Source: Eledone cirrhosa (taxonomy: Eukaryota). Taken from it: DNA of 64,000 nucleotides. Below the pieces are notes generated by a model that saw nothing but the letters and a program-made list of their open reading frames with translations, had not been told where the DNA came from and did not search any database. The translations under genes and the position numbers were made by a program. The stretch is taken from contig OZ024742.1 in the NCBI GenBank assembly GCA_964016885.1, positions 283,154,001-283,218,000 on the forward strand, read 5' to 3'. The first letter of the stretch is position 1; the number at the start of each line of letters is the position of its first letter. Below are positions 1 through 12,740 of the stretch, piece by piece.

Positions 1-1132
1 ATCCTGGGAGATGGGGTTCATCTCTAATGGTGCTTAAGTATCTATCCAGCTGCAATTTGAATGATTCCACACTGCATCCTGATAGATTTCTGACATGTAC
101 CGGAATGGAGTTGAATAGTTGTGTCCCTCTAACCAACAGACTTGACTCTCGCAGGGTTTTTGCTGCCTGGCCAGCCCCTTTGTTGATTGGTGGTAGCTGG
201 CAGCGTCTTCCGTGGCGCAGTGAGTGGTAGGTTTTGATACCAAAGTTTGGCACCTTTTGCTCTATCATTTTCCAAATGTATATAATTCGGTATCGCTCAA
301 ATCTTCTTTCTATTGAGTACATCTTCAAGGTTCTGAGTCTTTGCCAATAGTCCAGGTCCCTCGTTTCTGAGAAGTATGAGGTAAAATTTCTTTGGAGCGA
401 TTCCATCTTAGATAGTTGGCCCTTTGTTGTTGTTGGTGACCACAACTGAGAACAGTAGTCAATCCTCGGAAGTATCATACTGTTCCAGAGGGTTTTCATT
501 GTTGAGGTATCTCTTGATTTGAAGGTGCGCAAGATCCACCCGCTGTACTTTCTTGCAGTAAGACAGACTGAGTCAAGGTGTTCTCTGAATTTTAGGCTGG
601 TTCCCATGTGGATGCCTAAATCTTTCACACACTGTTTTTCCATTATTTGTTGTCCTGATGGGTTTCTGTAGTTTGTTGTATTTTTCAGATCTTGATCTGT
701 TCCGTAGCGAATTAGTTCAAACTTCTTATCATTGAACAACATGTTGTTTGTTTCCTGCCATTTGTATATGGTGGTTAGGTCCTTTTGTAAGGCCTCTGTA
801 TCCACCTCGTCTTTGATTTGTCTCATGACCCTGGTGTCATCAGCAAAGGATGAGACGTTGCTGGTTGTATCTTCATCTATGTCAGAGATGAGGATGAGAA
901 ACAGGATCGGGCCGAGTACTGTACCCTGAGGAACACTGCTGGTCACAGGTGATGGTGTTGAATGGGTTCCATTCACAGTGACTGTTTGAGTTCTATTTGT
1001 AAGGAACTCATGTATCCATGTACCAACTTTTCCTCCTACTCCTAGCTTTCGAAGTTTGTGTCCCAGGATGCCATGATCTACCTTGTCAAATGCCTTGGCA
1101 AAGTCGAGGTAAATAACATCTGTGTTGTATCC
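1..1132 (-). mobile_element. CR1/L2-group LINE, RT and C-terminal part of ORF2 (5'-truncated, runs off window edge)
   Basis: Minus-strand translation gives DVIYLDFAKAFDKVDH, VPQGTVLGPILF, SFADDTRV and the C-terminal FKLQLDRYLSTIRDEP. The 5' end breaks at a (TA)n tract. Confidence 0.9.
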
Positions 1133-1393
1133 ATATATATATATATATATATATATAATATTCTGTTCAATGTTAAAATCAAAAACTATCTCCGGTTATT
1201 ATCATATAGAATACGAAATAAAATTTGGGGCTGGTTCTTCTGAAAATGGACTTGGAAACAATTCTGCTATTAATACTGATTCAACCTCAAAACCATTTAA
1301 CGTCAATATGTTAGATGAAACTAACTTAAATTCTACTTTTCAGGTACAAAATCATACAGATAAAATGATATACATAATATATATATATATATA

Positions 1394-1871
1394 TCATCAT
1401 CATCATCATCATCATTTACGTCCGCTTTTCCCTGCTTGCAAGGGTGGGACGGGTCTTATTCAGCACAGCATCTCTCCACTCGTCACGGTCCTTCGTCATC
1501 TACACAGTGAGCTTCAATGATCTGAGGTCTGTTCTCACCACCTCCGCCCATGTTTTTCGTGGTCTACCTCTACCACGTCTTCCTTCAACTGGCATTTCCT
1601 GGCACTTCTTCACCCATCGGTCATCCTCCATGCGCATCACATGTCCATACCACCTCAGTCTCCTCTCCCGTACACTACATTCTATCCCTCTCAGACACAG
1701 TTTCTCTCTCAACACATTTATGCTGGGTCGTTCACGCACATTTACACTGCACATCCAACGGAGCATGCTTGCCTCATTTCTCTCCAGCCGTCGCATATCC
1801 TCTGCAGTTGCTGCCCATGTCTCACAACCATGCAGCATCGCGCTCCTCACACAGGCATCATACAACCGGCC
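1394..1871 (-). mobile_element. RTE-clade LINE 3' fragment with (ATG)n tail
   Basis: ORF 1500-1865 contains LHGCETW, RRLRWYGHVMR and GRPRKTW, typical of the RTE ORF C-terminus. A 3' UTR and tandem ATG tail follow. Confidence 0.9.
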
Positions 1872-2064
1872 TATATATATATATATAATAGAATCAACTG
1901 CCCAATGGCTCAGCTTAAACTATTTTCATAGTAAAATCTATTTTGCTATCAAAACAGTTTACGTTTAGTCATCAAGTAAGTAGTTCCTATAATAATATCT
2001 ACACTATATTTGACTTAAATATGGAGTATGGCATAGAGTAATGGTTTTACAGGTCATAACTAAC

Positions 2065-2245
2065 AATTGTTTCTACTTTTGGCACAAGGCCAGCAATTAT
2101 CCCAGTGTATTACTGGTACTTTATTTTATCGACCCCGTAAGGATGAAAGGCAAAGTTAACCTCGGCGGGATTTGAACTCAGAATGGCAAGGGCCGTAACT
2201 CTATGCTACAAAGCATGGCGTCCGACCCTCTACTGATACTGCCAA
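2065..2245 (-). mobile_element. tRNA-derived SINE family A
   Basis: Contains GAGTTCAAATCCCGCCGAGGTTAACTTTGCCTTTCATCC...GGGGTCGATAAAATAAAGTACCAG, which recurs more than 10 times in the window. Confidence 0.85.
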
Positions 2246-2654
2246 ATAATGTCTCATCTCTCCATATATATATATGTGTTTGTGTGTGTGTGTGTAAATG
2301 TACTCATACACTTTTCCATTTAGTATTGGCAAACATGAGAAGGAGTACTAAGTATTCATAATAGAGATTAATAGTGTCTTAAGACAGATTTAATTACCTG
2401 TTCCTCTCGAGTTTCCTCTACATGATATAGGTTTCACAGACAAATATGGCACACAGGACAATTTCCAGAGTAACAGGACAATTTCCAGAGTAACAGGCCA
2501 CTAAATCAACCTTAATAAACTACACACACACACACATACATATATATATATGTTGTTACAGAGAAAAATCTCAGTAATTTAATATAAATAAATAATATTT
2601 TCTACTTTATATGTGTGTGTAATTACACATAGATACATACATATACATATGTAT

Positions 2655-2822
2655 AAATATATATATATGTGTGTGTATATATATATATATATATATACAC
2701 ATATATATATACATATATATATACACATATATATATACATATATATATATACATATATATATATACATATATATATATACATATATATATACACATATAT
2801 ATATATATACATATATATACAC

Positions 2823-2899
<77 letters not shown>

Positions 2900-2965
2900 C
2901 ATATATATATATACACACATATATATATATATACATATATATATACACACATATATATATTTATG

Positions 2966-2996
<31 letters not shown>
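2655..2996. repeat. (TA)n/(TACA) compound microsatellite
   Basis: Direct inspection. Confidence 0.95.
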
Positions 2997-2997
<1 letters not shown>

Positions 2998-3199
2998 GGG
3001 GAAAGAATGACCCCGACGGCAGAGCTCAAGCCGTTTCGATGGCTATTTCTGGACTAAATTTAGTCCAGAAATAGCCGTCGAAACGGCTTGGGTTCTGCCA
3101 TCGGGGTCATTCTTTTTCCTATTACCCACTCTACTACCCTAAGTATTGAGTACTCTGGTGCATTATGGTCCATCTGGTTCCTTACCACAATTCCTTCGT
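2995..3199 (+). mobile_element. Penelope-like terminal fragment: 128-bp fold-back palindrome plus 3' half of a hammerhead motif
   Basis: Inverted repeat 2995-3122 centred at 3058/3059. GAAAC-GGC..GCC-ATC-GGGGTC is followed by ACTC..GAGTACT. Flanked by (TA)n; homolog at 57470-57613. Confidence 0.65.
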
Positions 3200-3246
3200 T
3201 ATATATATATATATCATCAATCAATATATATATTTTTTTTTTTTTG

Positions 3247-3606
3247 TTTACGTCCGCTTTTTCCCTGCTTGCAAGGGTGGGAACGGAACTGATTCTGGCT
3301 TGATTTCTACAGCTGGATGCCCTTCCTAACACCAACCTCATTTACAGTGAGTGGTGGGTGCTTTTTTGCCGTGGCACCTCCACGACCACTTTACAGTGTG
3401 GGCTGGGTGCTTTTTTGCCGTGGCACTCAGCAGTGGAATGATAGGGACCCCAGTCCCTATCATCTCATTTCTACAGCTGAGTAAACTAGAGCAATGTGAA
3501 ATAAAGTGTCTTGCTCAAGGAAACAACACATCACCCGGTCTGAGAATTGAACTCACAACCTTTCGATTGCAAGGCCAATGCTCTAACCACTAAGCCATGT
3601 GCCTCC
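3247..3606 (-). mobile_element. Full-length tRNA-headed SINE family B with RTE-derived 3' tail
   Basis: Head has A box TGGCTTAGTGG and B box GAGTTCAATTC. Central CTTGAGCAAGACACTTTATTTCACATTGCTC. Tail nearly identical to the RTE 3' end at ~1414-1452. Confidence 0.9.
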
Positions 3607-3683
3607 ATCAATATATCAATATATATATATATAAAGAATGAATAATAACAGGTAGACATCATAAAAAGGTAATTTATTCCGTG

Positions 3684-3795
3684 TGCTAACAAGTGTTTCC
3701 ACGGTGGTACTGCAGCCTAGTTCCGCTACGTGCAAATTCACAAGTATTTGCAGAACTCGAATATCCAATGCTGTGACCACTGTTTCCTCAGAGCA
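3684..3795 (-). ncRNA. Type I hammerhead ribozyme-like motif with long branched stem II
   Basis: TGCT-CTGAGGA-[~85-nt stem: ACAGTGGT/ACCACCGT, CAGC/GCTG, TGCAAAT/ATTTGCA]-GAAAC-ACTT-GTT-AGCA, within a (TA)n-flanked insert at 3632-3923. Confidence 0.6.
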
Positions 3796-3921
3796 GAATG
3801 GTAAATGTGCAATGTAAAAACCCTTAAGTGGGGTTGTTGGGGAAGATAGTAACCTCTTACCGTACGTCAACCATATCCAGTGTAGTAATTAACCATCACT
3901 ACATCTTGGATAATCCTATAC

Positions 3922-3952
<31 letters not shown>

Positions 3953-3974
3953 CATCATCATCATCATCATCATC

Positions 3975-4577
3975 ACTGTTTAATGTATATTTTTCCATGT
4001 TAGCATGGGTTAGATGAGTTGTCCCGTTGTGAGACAAGTCTGATTACCATGTTTTGCTTACACAGAACTGTTTCTGGCTTGGTTTCTATGGCTGGATACC
4101 CTAACTGGCTGGATACCCTAACGCCAATCACATTTACAGTGTGGATGGGTGCTTTTTGTCATGTCACTATAATGACCACTTTGTGGGTTGGTCTGGGTGC
4201 TTTGTCATATCACCATCATAACCTCTTTACAGACTGGACTGGGCATTTATTGTTGTGTTGCTAACACATCCACTCTACAGGGTGGACTAGGTGTTTTCTG
4301 TCATGTCACCAACTTGACTACTTCACAGGGTAGACTGGGCCACCTTCTGACATGCCACGAACACGACCACTTTATAGGGTGGACTTGGGTGTCTCCTTTC
4401 ATGTCACCAACATGACTACTTTACAGGGTTGACTGGGTGCTATTTGTCATGTTAGCAGCATAACCACCTTGCAGGGAGGGCTAGGTGCTCTTTTGTCATG
4501 TTACCTTACAGGGAGGACTAGGTGCACTTTTGTTGTTTACCAGCAAGACCATCTTACAGGGTAGACTGAGAGCTTTT
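3975..4577 (-). repeat. SINE B-type tail with ~11 degenerate tandem copies of the ~40-bp internal unit
   Basis: Recurrent TTTACAG(G/T)GTGGACTGGGTGCTTTT..TCATGTCACCA..ATGACCAC. The same unit occurs 2-3 times in the SINEs at 3340, 9960 and 17500. Confidence 0.8.
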
Positions 4578-5879
4578 AACTATCATATATATATATAATG
4601 ATGTACCGATATCTGGAAATATAAAGTACTCAGGAAAATATTACCAAATATAAATAAAGTATGAAAAATAAAAATAAAATATAGTAACCCAACATTGTTA
4701 TGTTCATTAAATTTTAGCAAAATAGTAACAAAAATAAAATTAGAAAAGGTTCCTGGATTTTTCCATTAATCTGCTTCTAGAGCAATACTTCTTGGTGACA
4801 TTCGTTACAGTAAATTCTATTATATCAGTTGTTAAAATGCTATTTCTTTCAGCCTCAGGCATGATTCTTGAACCAGACTTTACTCTTAATATTAACCTCA
4901 TGGTGTTTTGTTTTCTTTTAAATAATTTAGCTCAAAATACTATATCCAATTACAAACCATTAAGAGGGGACGTGTTTCAAGGTTCAGAAATTAACATTCA
5001 AGAAAAGTACTTGAGGGGTGGGTGGGTGATGATGATGATGATGATGATGATGGGGGTGGGAGTGATAGTGATGATTTAAGCACAATTCAGCCAATCCACT
5101 GCCATTGATGATAATAAGATAATAATAATAGTGGGTGTTTAATTTAAGCACAGGGGGTGGGATGATAAAGTCAATTAAATTGACTTCAATACTTGGCTAG
5201 TACTTTATTTTACCAATGCTGGAAGGATGTATAGTTAACCTACGCAGGATTTGAGTCAAGCACAAGGCCAACAATTTGGGGAGAAGGGAAAGTCAATTAA
5301 ATCGACCCCAGTGTGTTACTGATACTTTATTTTATTGACCCTATAAGGATCAAAGGCAAAGCTAGATAATTTAGACACAAGATGCAAATAACATAAACCA
5401 GGAAACTCCAAGGACTTCTGAGATTTTTTTTCAACATTTAAAAAACGTTGATAATTTAAGAATTAGATATTACAAGCAGTTATTCTCTTATATCTAGATC
5501 ATCTTGATGGGGGAAGGGGTTGTGTAGTGGGGGTCACACAGGTCTGTAGCTAGAATTTGTGTTACACAGGGTAATGAGCAATCCTTCAGTTTGCTGTCTT
5601 GAACATCCAACCCAGGAAAACCCACAATAGACATGAAAAGTGACCAAAAGTACCAGAAGCCAGAGCCAGTGCTCCCATTAAGGCCAGCCTAAGGTGTAGA
5701 CCTCAGGGAGCTACATTACTGAACCTTAAAGGATTATAAACTTAGAAATGTTCTTAATGTGGTCAAAGCAAGAAGTATCAAGAACTAAATTCATCAACTT
5801 ACCAAACTGTAAGTTGGAATTATTTTGTTAGGAAGAATGAGGCATATTGATGGGATAAGAGAACACACATTAATCAGAT

Positions 5880-6076
5880 AGCAGTTACATTATTCTATAT
5901 TTACTATTGTATTTTCACAGTAAAGGCTTTATCTTACATAATCATCTCACATAATATTGAATCTACAAGATTTTGATGTTATTTATTTTGAGAACAATAC
6001 TTTAATATGAGCTGGTTTAAACAGAAAGAGATGAGAGAGTTCTGGCCGGATACAGCCAGTTTAACTGCTAAAGGGT
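5880..6076. mobile_element. piggyBac-like MITE copy (partial)
   Basis: Homologous to 8419-8639; ends in GCTAAAGGG-TCAA. Confidence 0.7.
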
Positions 6077-7699
6077 CAAGGAGCTTGCCTAAGGCACAAA
6101 ATACCCAAATGCTGGCTCTGAATAGAGTACACATCCATCTTAACTGCCCACCCTTCTCCTGGCTTCACTATTTGGTTCATGCTAATCCTTCTAACAGACA
6201 CCATTACTACCACCACCAAATGATTGTAAAATGAGATAGGGACTTTAAGAATTTGATCTCTTCTTACTGTTTTGTGTCTGTGTGTCTTTGTTGCATAAAC
6301 AGAGATAGCATAACACTTCACCAATCAACCCCAACCTCTCTTTATCTCTCTGTCTCTCTCAAATATAATCCACCCATTCAGTCCACCCAACCAGCCTTTA
6401 TAGCAACTTGGTTCTAATTTTAAATATAGTGAGGGCTTTTGTTTTGTTGTTTGTTTGTTTTTATCTAAATAAGCCCTCAAAATTATCCATCTAACTGTGA
6501 AAAAAAAGCAAAAGGAAAAAATTGAGGGAAAAAAATTAAGTTTTTGGTTTCTCTTTATTGAATTATTAGAAAAAAATTATATTTAAATTCTGAAGAAAAA
6601 TGAAATAACTTCAGTTTCCTCCATCCATCAATACACTTTCCTTGCTCATTCTCTCTCTCTCTCATATACTATCTCTCTCTCTCTCTCTCACATACATATA
6701 CTATCTCTCCCTCTTTCTCTCTCATATACATATACTATCTCTCTCTCTCTTACACATACATATACTATCTCTCTTTCTTTCTTTGATTCTGCCCCACCCC
6801 CTCTATCATGCCTATTCTATCTCTTTTTGTCCTTCTCTCCCCTCTCCTAGGCTCTACTTTCTCTATTTATTCTCTCTTTCTATCTGTTTTTCTCATTCTC
6901 TCTTTTTTTGGCATCTCTCATTTTTTTCCTTCCTCTCTTTCTCCCCCTCTCTAATCCTCTCTCCACCGTCTTCCAATCACTTCCAGTCCCTATTCCCACC
7001 ACCACCTCCACCATCACCACCACACCTCACTTCTCTCCAATACCATCATGACTACTACCACCACCACCACCACCACACCTCATTTCTCTCCAATACCATC
7101 ATAACTACCACCACCACCACCATTACCACTATCCACTACCATCATCACCATCATCACCACACTCACAACCAATACCACTACCACTTCCATAACCAATACC
7201 ACTACCATTTAATTTCTCCCAAATTTATATTGGTTTCGATTTACCAAATAATCATTTATTTATTTATTTATTCATTTATTTATTTATTTATATGTAATTA
7301 TTTTTTTTTTATTTCAATTTCTTGTTAATTTGATTCATAATTAATCTTAAAAAGTGATATTCAATTCATTTCATATGCAGAAGCACCGTCCCACTTTTTC
7401 CTACCATTATCTGTGTTGTTTTTTTTTGTTGTTTTTTTTCGTAGGGTGAATAATGGATGGTTGCTTTTGTTTATTGTTGTTGTAGATTTGGTATTAATTT
7501 GTTGATTTTTCTGTCTGTTTTGTTTGTTTGTTTGGGTATTTGCTTTTGTTTTTGTTGTTGTTATTGTTGTTTGTTTTGCTTTTTTCTTCTTCTGCAAATG
7601 AGTTGTGTCTTTGCTAATTAAGAATATTGTACAGTAATCTATAACTATCCATTGGGGATAGAGAGAACGGGGGAGAGTGAGAGGCAGGAGAGGGGGGGG

Positions 7700-8150
7700 G
7701 GGCTTATGTAAGAAAATACTGAGAGAGAGATAGACTTATGTAAGAAAACAGAGAAAGAGAGAGAAGAACCTTATATAAGAAAGGAGAGAGAGGGGGAAAC
7801 TTGTGTAAGAAAACAGAGAGAGAAAGAGAGACTTTTGTAAGGGGACAGAGAAAGAGAGAGAAACTTATGTAAGAAAACAGAGAGAAAGAGACTTTTGTAA
7901 GGGGACAGAGAAAAAGAGAGAGAAGAACCTTATAGAAGAGGGGAGAGAGAGAAACTTATGTAAGAAAACAGAGAAAGAGAGACTTTTGTAAGGGGACAGA
8001 GAAAAAGAGAGAGAAGAATCTTATAGAAGAGGGGAGAGAGAGAAAGAGAGAGAGGAAACTTGTGTTAGAGGACAGAGGGAGAGACGAGAAACTTATGTAA
8101 GAAAACAGAGAGAGAGAGACTTATGTAAGGGGACAGAGAAAGGGAGAGAG
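7700..8150. repeat. Degenerate purine-rich minisatellite (CTTATGTAAG..ACAGAGA, ~30-40 bp)
   Basis: Direct inspection; about 13 copies. Confidence 0.85.
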
Positions 8151-8418
8151 GGTGTGTTGCTATGATTGCAAGTTATTCTTGTATAAATTAGATTAAAAAA
8201 GTCATTCTGGTTGGACGGGATGGAAATCTGATGGGGTTTATCACTTGAGTGTGTCTTGTCTCCTATTATAATTTAAGGGCTAAGGAGTTTATCATAATGT
8301 GTTGTATTATAATTTGAGGGCTGGAAGGTTAATGTAATGTGTATGTCCTGTTTTGTATTATAATTTGTGGATTAGTGGTTATCATAATGTGTGTGATTTG
8401 TTTTGTATTATAACTTAA

Positions 8419-8639
8419 CCCTTTAGCACTTAAACCGGCCATATCCGGCCAGATTTCTCTCACTTCTCTCTGTTCAAACTGGCTGTAACCAGCTGCTCAT
8501 ACTGATGTTAAGGTATTGTTCTCAAAATATATAATATCAAAATCTCATAGATTCTATATTATGTGAGATAATTATGTAAGATAAAGACTTTACCATGAAA
8601 ATATAATAGGAGATATAGAATAATGTAAATGCTAAAGGG
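8419..8639. mobile_element. piggyBac-like non-autonomous MITE
   Basis: TTAA target site on both sides; TIR CCCTTTAGCA(C/T)TTA. Related copies at ~5880, ~17170 and ~32026. Confidence 0.85.
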
Positions 8640-8644
8640 TTAAG

Positions 8645-8860
8645 GCTGGATAGGCAGTATCAGTAGAGCATCGGACAGCATGCTTTGTAGCATAGAGTTA
8701 AGGTCCTTTACTTTCTGAGTTCAAATCCCACTGAAATTAATATTGCCTTTCATCTTGATGGGGTCAATAAAATAAAGCACCAGTAATACACTGGGGTCGA
8801 TTTAATCAACTTCCCCTTCCCCAATATTGTTGGCCTTGTGCCTAAATCAGAAACCATTAT
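8645..8860 (+). mobile_element. SINE family A
   Basis: Family A consensus motifs. Confidence 0.85.
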
Positions 8861-9078
8861 AATATAAGGGCTAGAAGGTTATTGTAATATCTGCTGTGTC
8901 TTGTCTTCTATTATGATTCCATTGCTATCCACAATACATTGTAGGCATATAAATTGACATTTTGGACAGATCTTTGACAGAACAAATCCCCTATGTTCAA
9001 AACCTCAGAATTTTTCATTTGTCACTGACAACCGGATTCCACTGGAGTGAGTTTGGCCTTTCATACTTTCAAGATTAA

Positions 9079-9333
9079 CCCTTTTGATATCAATCTGCCT
9101 AAAACCACCACTAGTTCTATGAAACAAAATAACACATTTTAAATGGTTTTTATTTAGATTAAAACTTTCCAATAGAATTTTATATAAAAACCATATTAAT
9201 GAAACTGAATAATTTTAGTAAATACTTTCAAATTCTTCATGAATTCATTAAAATATAGTGTATTAATCCTTCTAAATTCTTCACTAATTAATTCAAATAT
9301 TGTGTATTACATTATAAATGGGGTCATGAAAGG
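9079..9333. mobile_element. Second piggyBac-like MITE family (degenerate)
   Basis: TTAA-CCCTTTTGAT ... ATGAAAGGG-TAAA. Related pieces at ~30370-30590, ~34165-34710 and ~35040-35200. Confidence 0.55.
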
Positions 9334-9594
9334 GTAAATGAAATAAAGTACCAGCCCAACCCAGGGCAGTGGATTGGCGGAAATGTTACTGCGTCAGAAA
9401 AAGTACCTTGTGGTATTTGTTCCAACACTTTATGTTCTGAGTTAAGATCTCAATGCAGCCTACTTGGGTGACAAATGTAGTCCATTGCATGGTCTATCAT
9501 CATTATCATCATCAGTTGCTTGAAGAGGTTTCTTCTCTGAAGACATTCTGCTGTACAGTTCTCCTGAGAGTTTCTTATTACTTATTGTTATTAT

Positions 9595-10090
9595 AGGTTG
9601 GCAGTATCAAACACCATGCTTCGTGGCATAGGGTTATGGTCCTTTGTGCTCTGAGTTCAAATCCCGCCGAGATTAGCTTTGCCTTTCATCCTTATGGGGT
9701 CGATAAAATAAAGTATCAGTCACACACTGGGGTCGATTTAGTCAACTTTCCCCTTCCACTATTATTATTATTAGAAGATAGTGTTTTATTAGAAAAGACA
9801 TTAAATGTTAAAAATATAATCATCATCGTTTAACATCTATCTTCCACGCTAGCATGGGTTTAGACGGGAATTGTCCCACTTGAGGCAAGATTGGTCATCT
9901 CGCTCATATAGGACTGTCTGGCAGGTTTTCTATGGCTTGATGCCCTTCCTAACACCAACCACGTTTACAGTGTGGACTGGGAGGTTTTTACCGTGTTACC
10001 TACACGACCACATTACAGCGTGGACTGTGTGTTTTTTTGTCGTGACACCTACACGACCTCATTTATTTAGGACTGGATGTTGTGGTACCA
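9595..10090. mobile_element. SINE A (+, ~9595-9760) and SINE B tail (-, ~9825-10090)
   Basis: Family motifs as above. Confidence 0.75.
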
Positions 10091-10169
10091 ACATAACTTT
10101 ACAGAGAAAGGGGTGGTGTAGATGGGATTGGGGGTAGGGGTAGTGGGATGGGGGGTGTATATTTGGTTA

Positions 10170-10435
10170 AGAAGTGCCTATTGACTGTAGGTTTCGCTTT
10201 GTACATAGGCAAGGCGGGTCTTCTGTATTACTGCGTAGCGCCAAAGATCTCAGTCCAGTGACATTGTCTTAAAGAGGTGTGTGTAAGGTCGGAATTTATC
10301 AAATCGTCCCAGGTTTTTCTGGGTCTGCCTACTCCGTAACTTCCATCAATTTTGATTGCCCTGCACTTTTTTATACAGCTTTCGTCTTTCATGCGCATCA
10401 TGTGACCATCCCAACGTAGTCGTCTCTCGAGTAAA
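10170..10435 (-). mobile_element. RTE LINE 3' fragment, different subfamily
   Basis: ERRLRWDGHMMR...GRPRKTW. Confidence 0.8.
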
Positions 10436-11339
10436 CATAATGATAACAAATATATTGGGATGTTATCTTGGAGTTATTTAGTAGTCCATATATTTTGAGA
10501 TAAAATCCCTTTATCAAAGGAATAATTGAAGAAACTAATTCAGTGCAGGATATGTTGTATTTCTCTTATGTTGCCATTATTGAATTTGTATTGTCGGAGC
10601 CTTCTAATAAAACACTATTTTAAAACACTTTACAGATTGCTTCAAGCAAACTACAACAGTCTTTTGAATAATATTAAGGTCAACTCTGGCTCAGTAGGCA
10701 ATACATATAAATTTGCTTTATGTATCTGATGTGATGATGATGATTATGATGATGATGATCTTCATTCTTCTCCTTCTTGTCATGATCATCATCTTTAATA
10801 TGAAATGATTTTAATTATTAATATTGTCCATTTAGCAGTTTGTATTAATATTGGCATGGGCATGATGTATTTTTTTTTTTTTTATTTACCCAAGTACAAA
10901 TATGGGTTGTTGTTTTTTTTCTCCTTGCCAACATGTACAAATATTTGTTTAAATATATTGTATATACATAAGGATGAAGTATATGCGAAGGTATGTGTTT
11001 ATGTAAGCATATATGAGAATTTTACACTGTAATCATTTTACCAGATTTAACTGTATACAATTCAATTACGTGCAATTGCAGCCTTTAAAATATTTTATGT
11101 AACTTGAAGCCTCTCTCAGTTTTATATAAACACATATATATATATATGTGTGTGTGTGTGTGTATGGAGGGTGATTTAAATGAATATATATATATATATT
11201 CATAACTCCAGTGATACAAGTACTCAATGTGTAGAAAAATATATTTTATTTATTTACACAAAGTTCCCAACACCAATAAAACCATCACACCCATTGCCAC
11301 AACACCACCACCATTTCTAACATTGCCAACAACATGGAT

Positions 11340-11987
11340 ATCACCACTACATCAATAATACCAATACCACCACACCATCACCACCACCAATACCACCACA
11401 CCAATACCACCACACCATCACCACCACCAATACCACCACACCATCATCACCACCAATACCACCACACAATCACCACCAACAATACCACAACACCACCCTC
11501 ACCAACAATACCACCACCACACCATCACCAACAATATCATCACCACTGATACCACCACCACCACCTCCATCATCATCATCACCACCAATACCACCACCTC
11601 CATATTCACCACCAATACCACCACCACCACCACCATCAATAATACTACTACCACCTCCATCATCAAAACTACCACCACCACCACCTCCATCATCAAAACT
11701 ACCACCACCACCTTCATCAATAATACTACTACCACCTCCATCATCAAAACTACCACCACCACCTCCATCATCAAAACTACCATCATCAAAACTACCACCA
11801 CCACCTTCATCAATAATACTACTACCACCTCCATCATCAAAACTACCACCACCACCTCCATCATCAAAACTACCACCACCACCTCCATCATCAAAACTAC
11901 CACCACCACCTTCATCAATAATACTACTACCACCTCCATCATCAAAACTACCACCACCACCTTCATCAATACTACTACTACCACCAC
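11340..11987. repeat. CAC/CAT-derived minisatellite (~24-27-bp unit ACCACCTCCATCATCAAAACT)
   Basis: Direct inspection. Confidence 0.9.
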
Positions 11988-12494
11988 ACTATATATAGCT
12001 ACAGTATATACCATTGTTAGTTTCTAGAAGGGAGGTCACTGATATAGAATGTGTCACATTCCTACATGTTTCTTGAAAATCTATAAGCATTGCTAGCGGG
12101 TGGAGGTGAAGGAAAGGGGGAGGTCAGATAGGGCTGGCCCTGTGGTGCTTAGGGATGAGAGAGGGAAAACAGTAGATAGAGTGGTATGTTGTGGGTATTA
12201 AGGGTGGGGCATATATAGAAGTGGCCCAGTTGTGGTTAGGGATGACAGGGAGAGCAGTAGATAGAAATGGTATGTTGGGGTGGAGAATATATATAGTAAT
12301 ATAGTATTGGCCCGGGGTGGGGGTTAGGGTAGTAAAGAAAGGATGATGTCTCTAGGGTGGTGACATATCAATAGATGGGAGTGATATGTTAGGATATGAA
12401 GAATGTGTAGGGCATATGTGTATATATATATATATTTATGTGTGTGGTGACCTAGTGGTGGTTAGGGATGAGAGGGCAGTACAGGTGCTATGTG

Positions 12495-12740
12495 CTGTGG
12501 CCTAGTGTTAAGGGTGTTGGACTTATGATCCTAATGTCGTGGGTTCGATTACTGGGTTGCGTATTGTGTTCTTGAGCAAAACACTATATTTCACATTGCT
12601 CCTGTATACTCAGCTGAAAATGAGTACCAGCAATAGCTGGGGGTTTAACCCTGTGAGGGATTGGTGTCCTCAGTCGCTTCATGCCATGAAACTGGGATAA
12701 GCATGGGCCAAATGAGCCTTCTGACATAAGACGGACTTTA
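12495..12740 (+). mobile_element. tRNA-headed SINE (head shared with family B, different tail)
   Basis: TGGCCTAGTG, GGTTCGATT and CTTGAGCAAAACACT motifs. Confidence 0.8.

Noticed and set aside
1210-1343. Possible plus-strand exon (AG...CAG|GT)
   Set aside because: Sits between TA tracts among TE fragments; no recognisable homology and no partner exons.
2995-3122. ADAR-editing signature in palindrome mismatches
   Set aside because: All mismatches are transitions, but comparison with the 57470 copy explains several as CpG deamination; too few to support editing.
3530-3606. tRNA gene
   Set aside because: A/B boxes are present, but it is a SINE head continuing into SINE body; no full cloverleaf seen.
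4120-4577. CRISPR-like periodic array (also the 101-bp array at 20.7 kb)
   Set aside because: No unique spacers and no cas genes; the units derive from a SINE or LINE in eukaryotic DNA.
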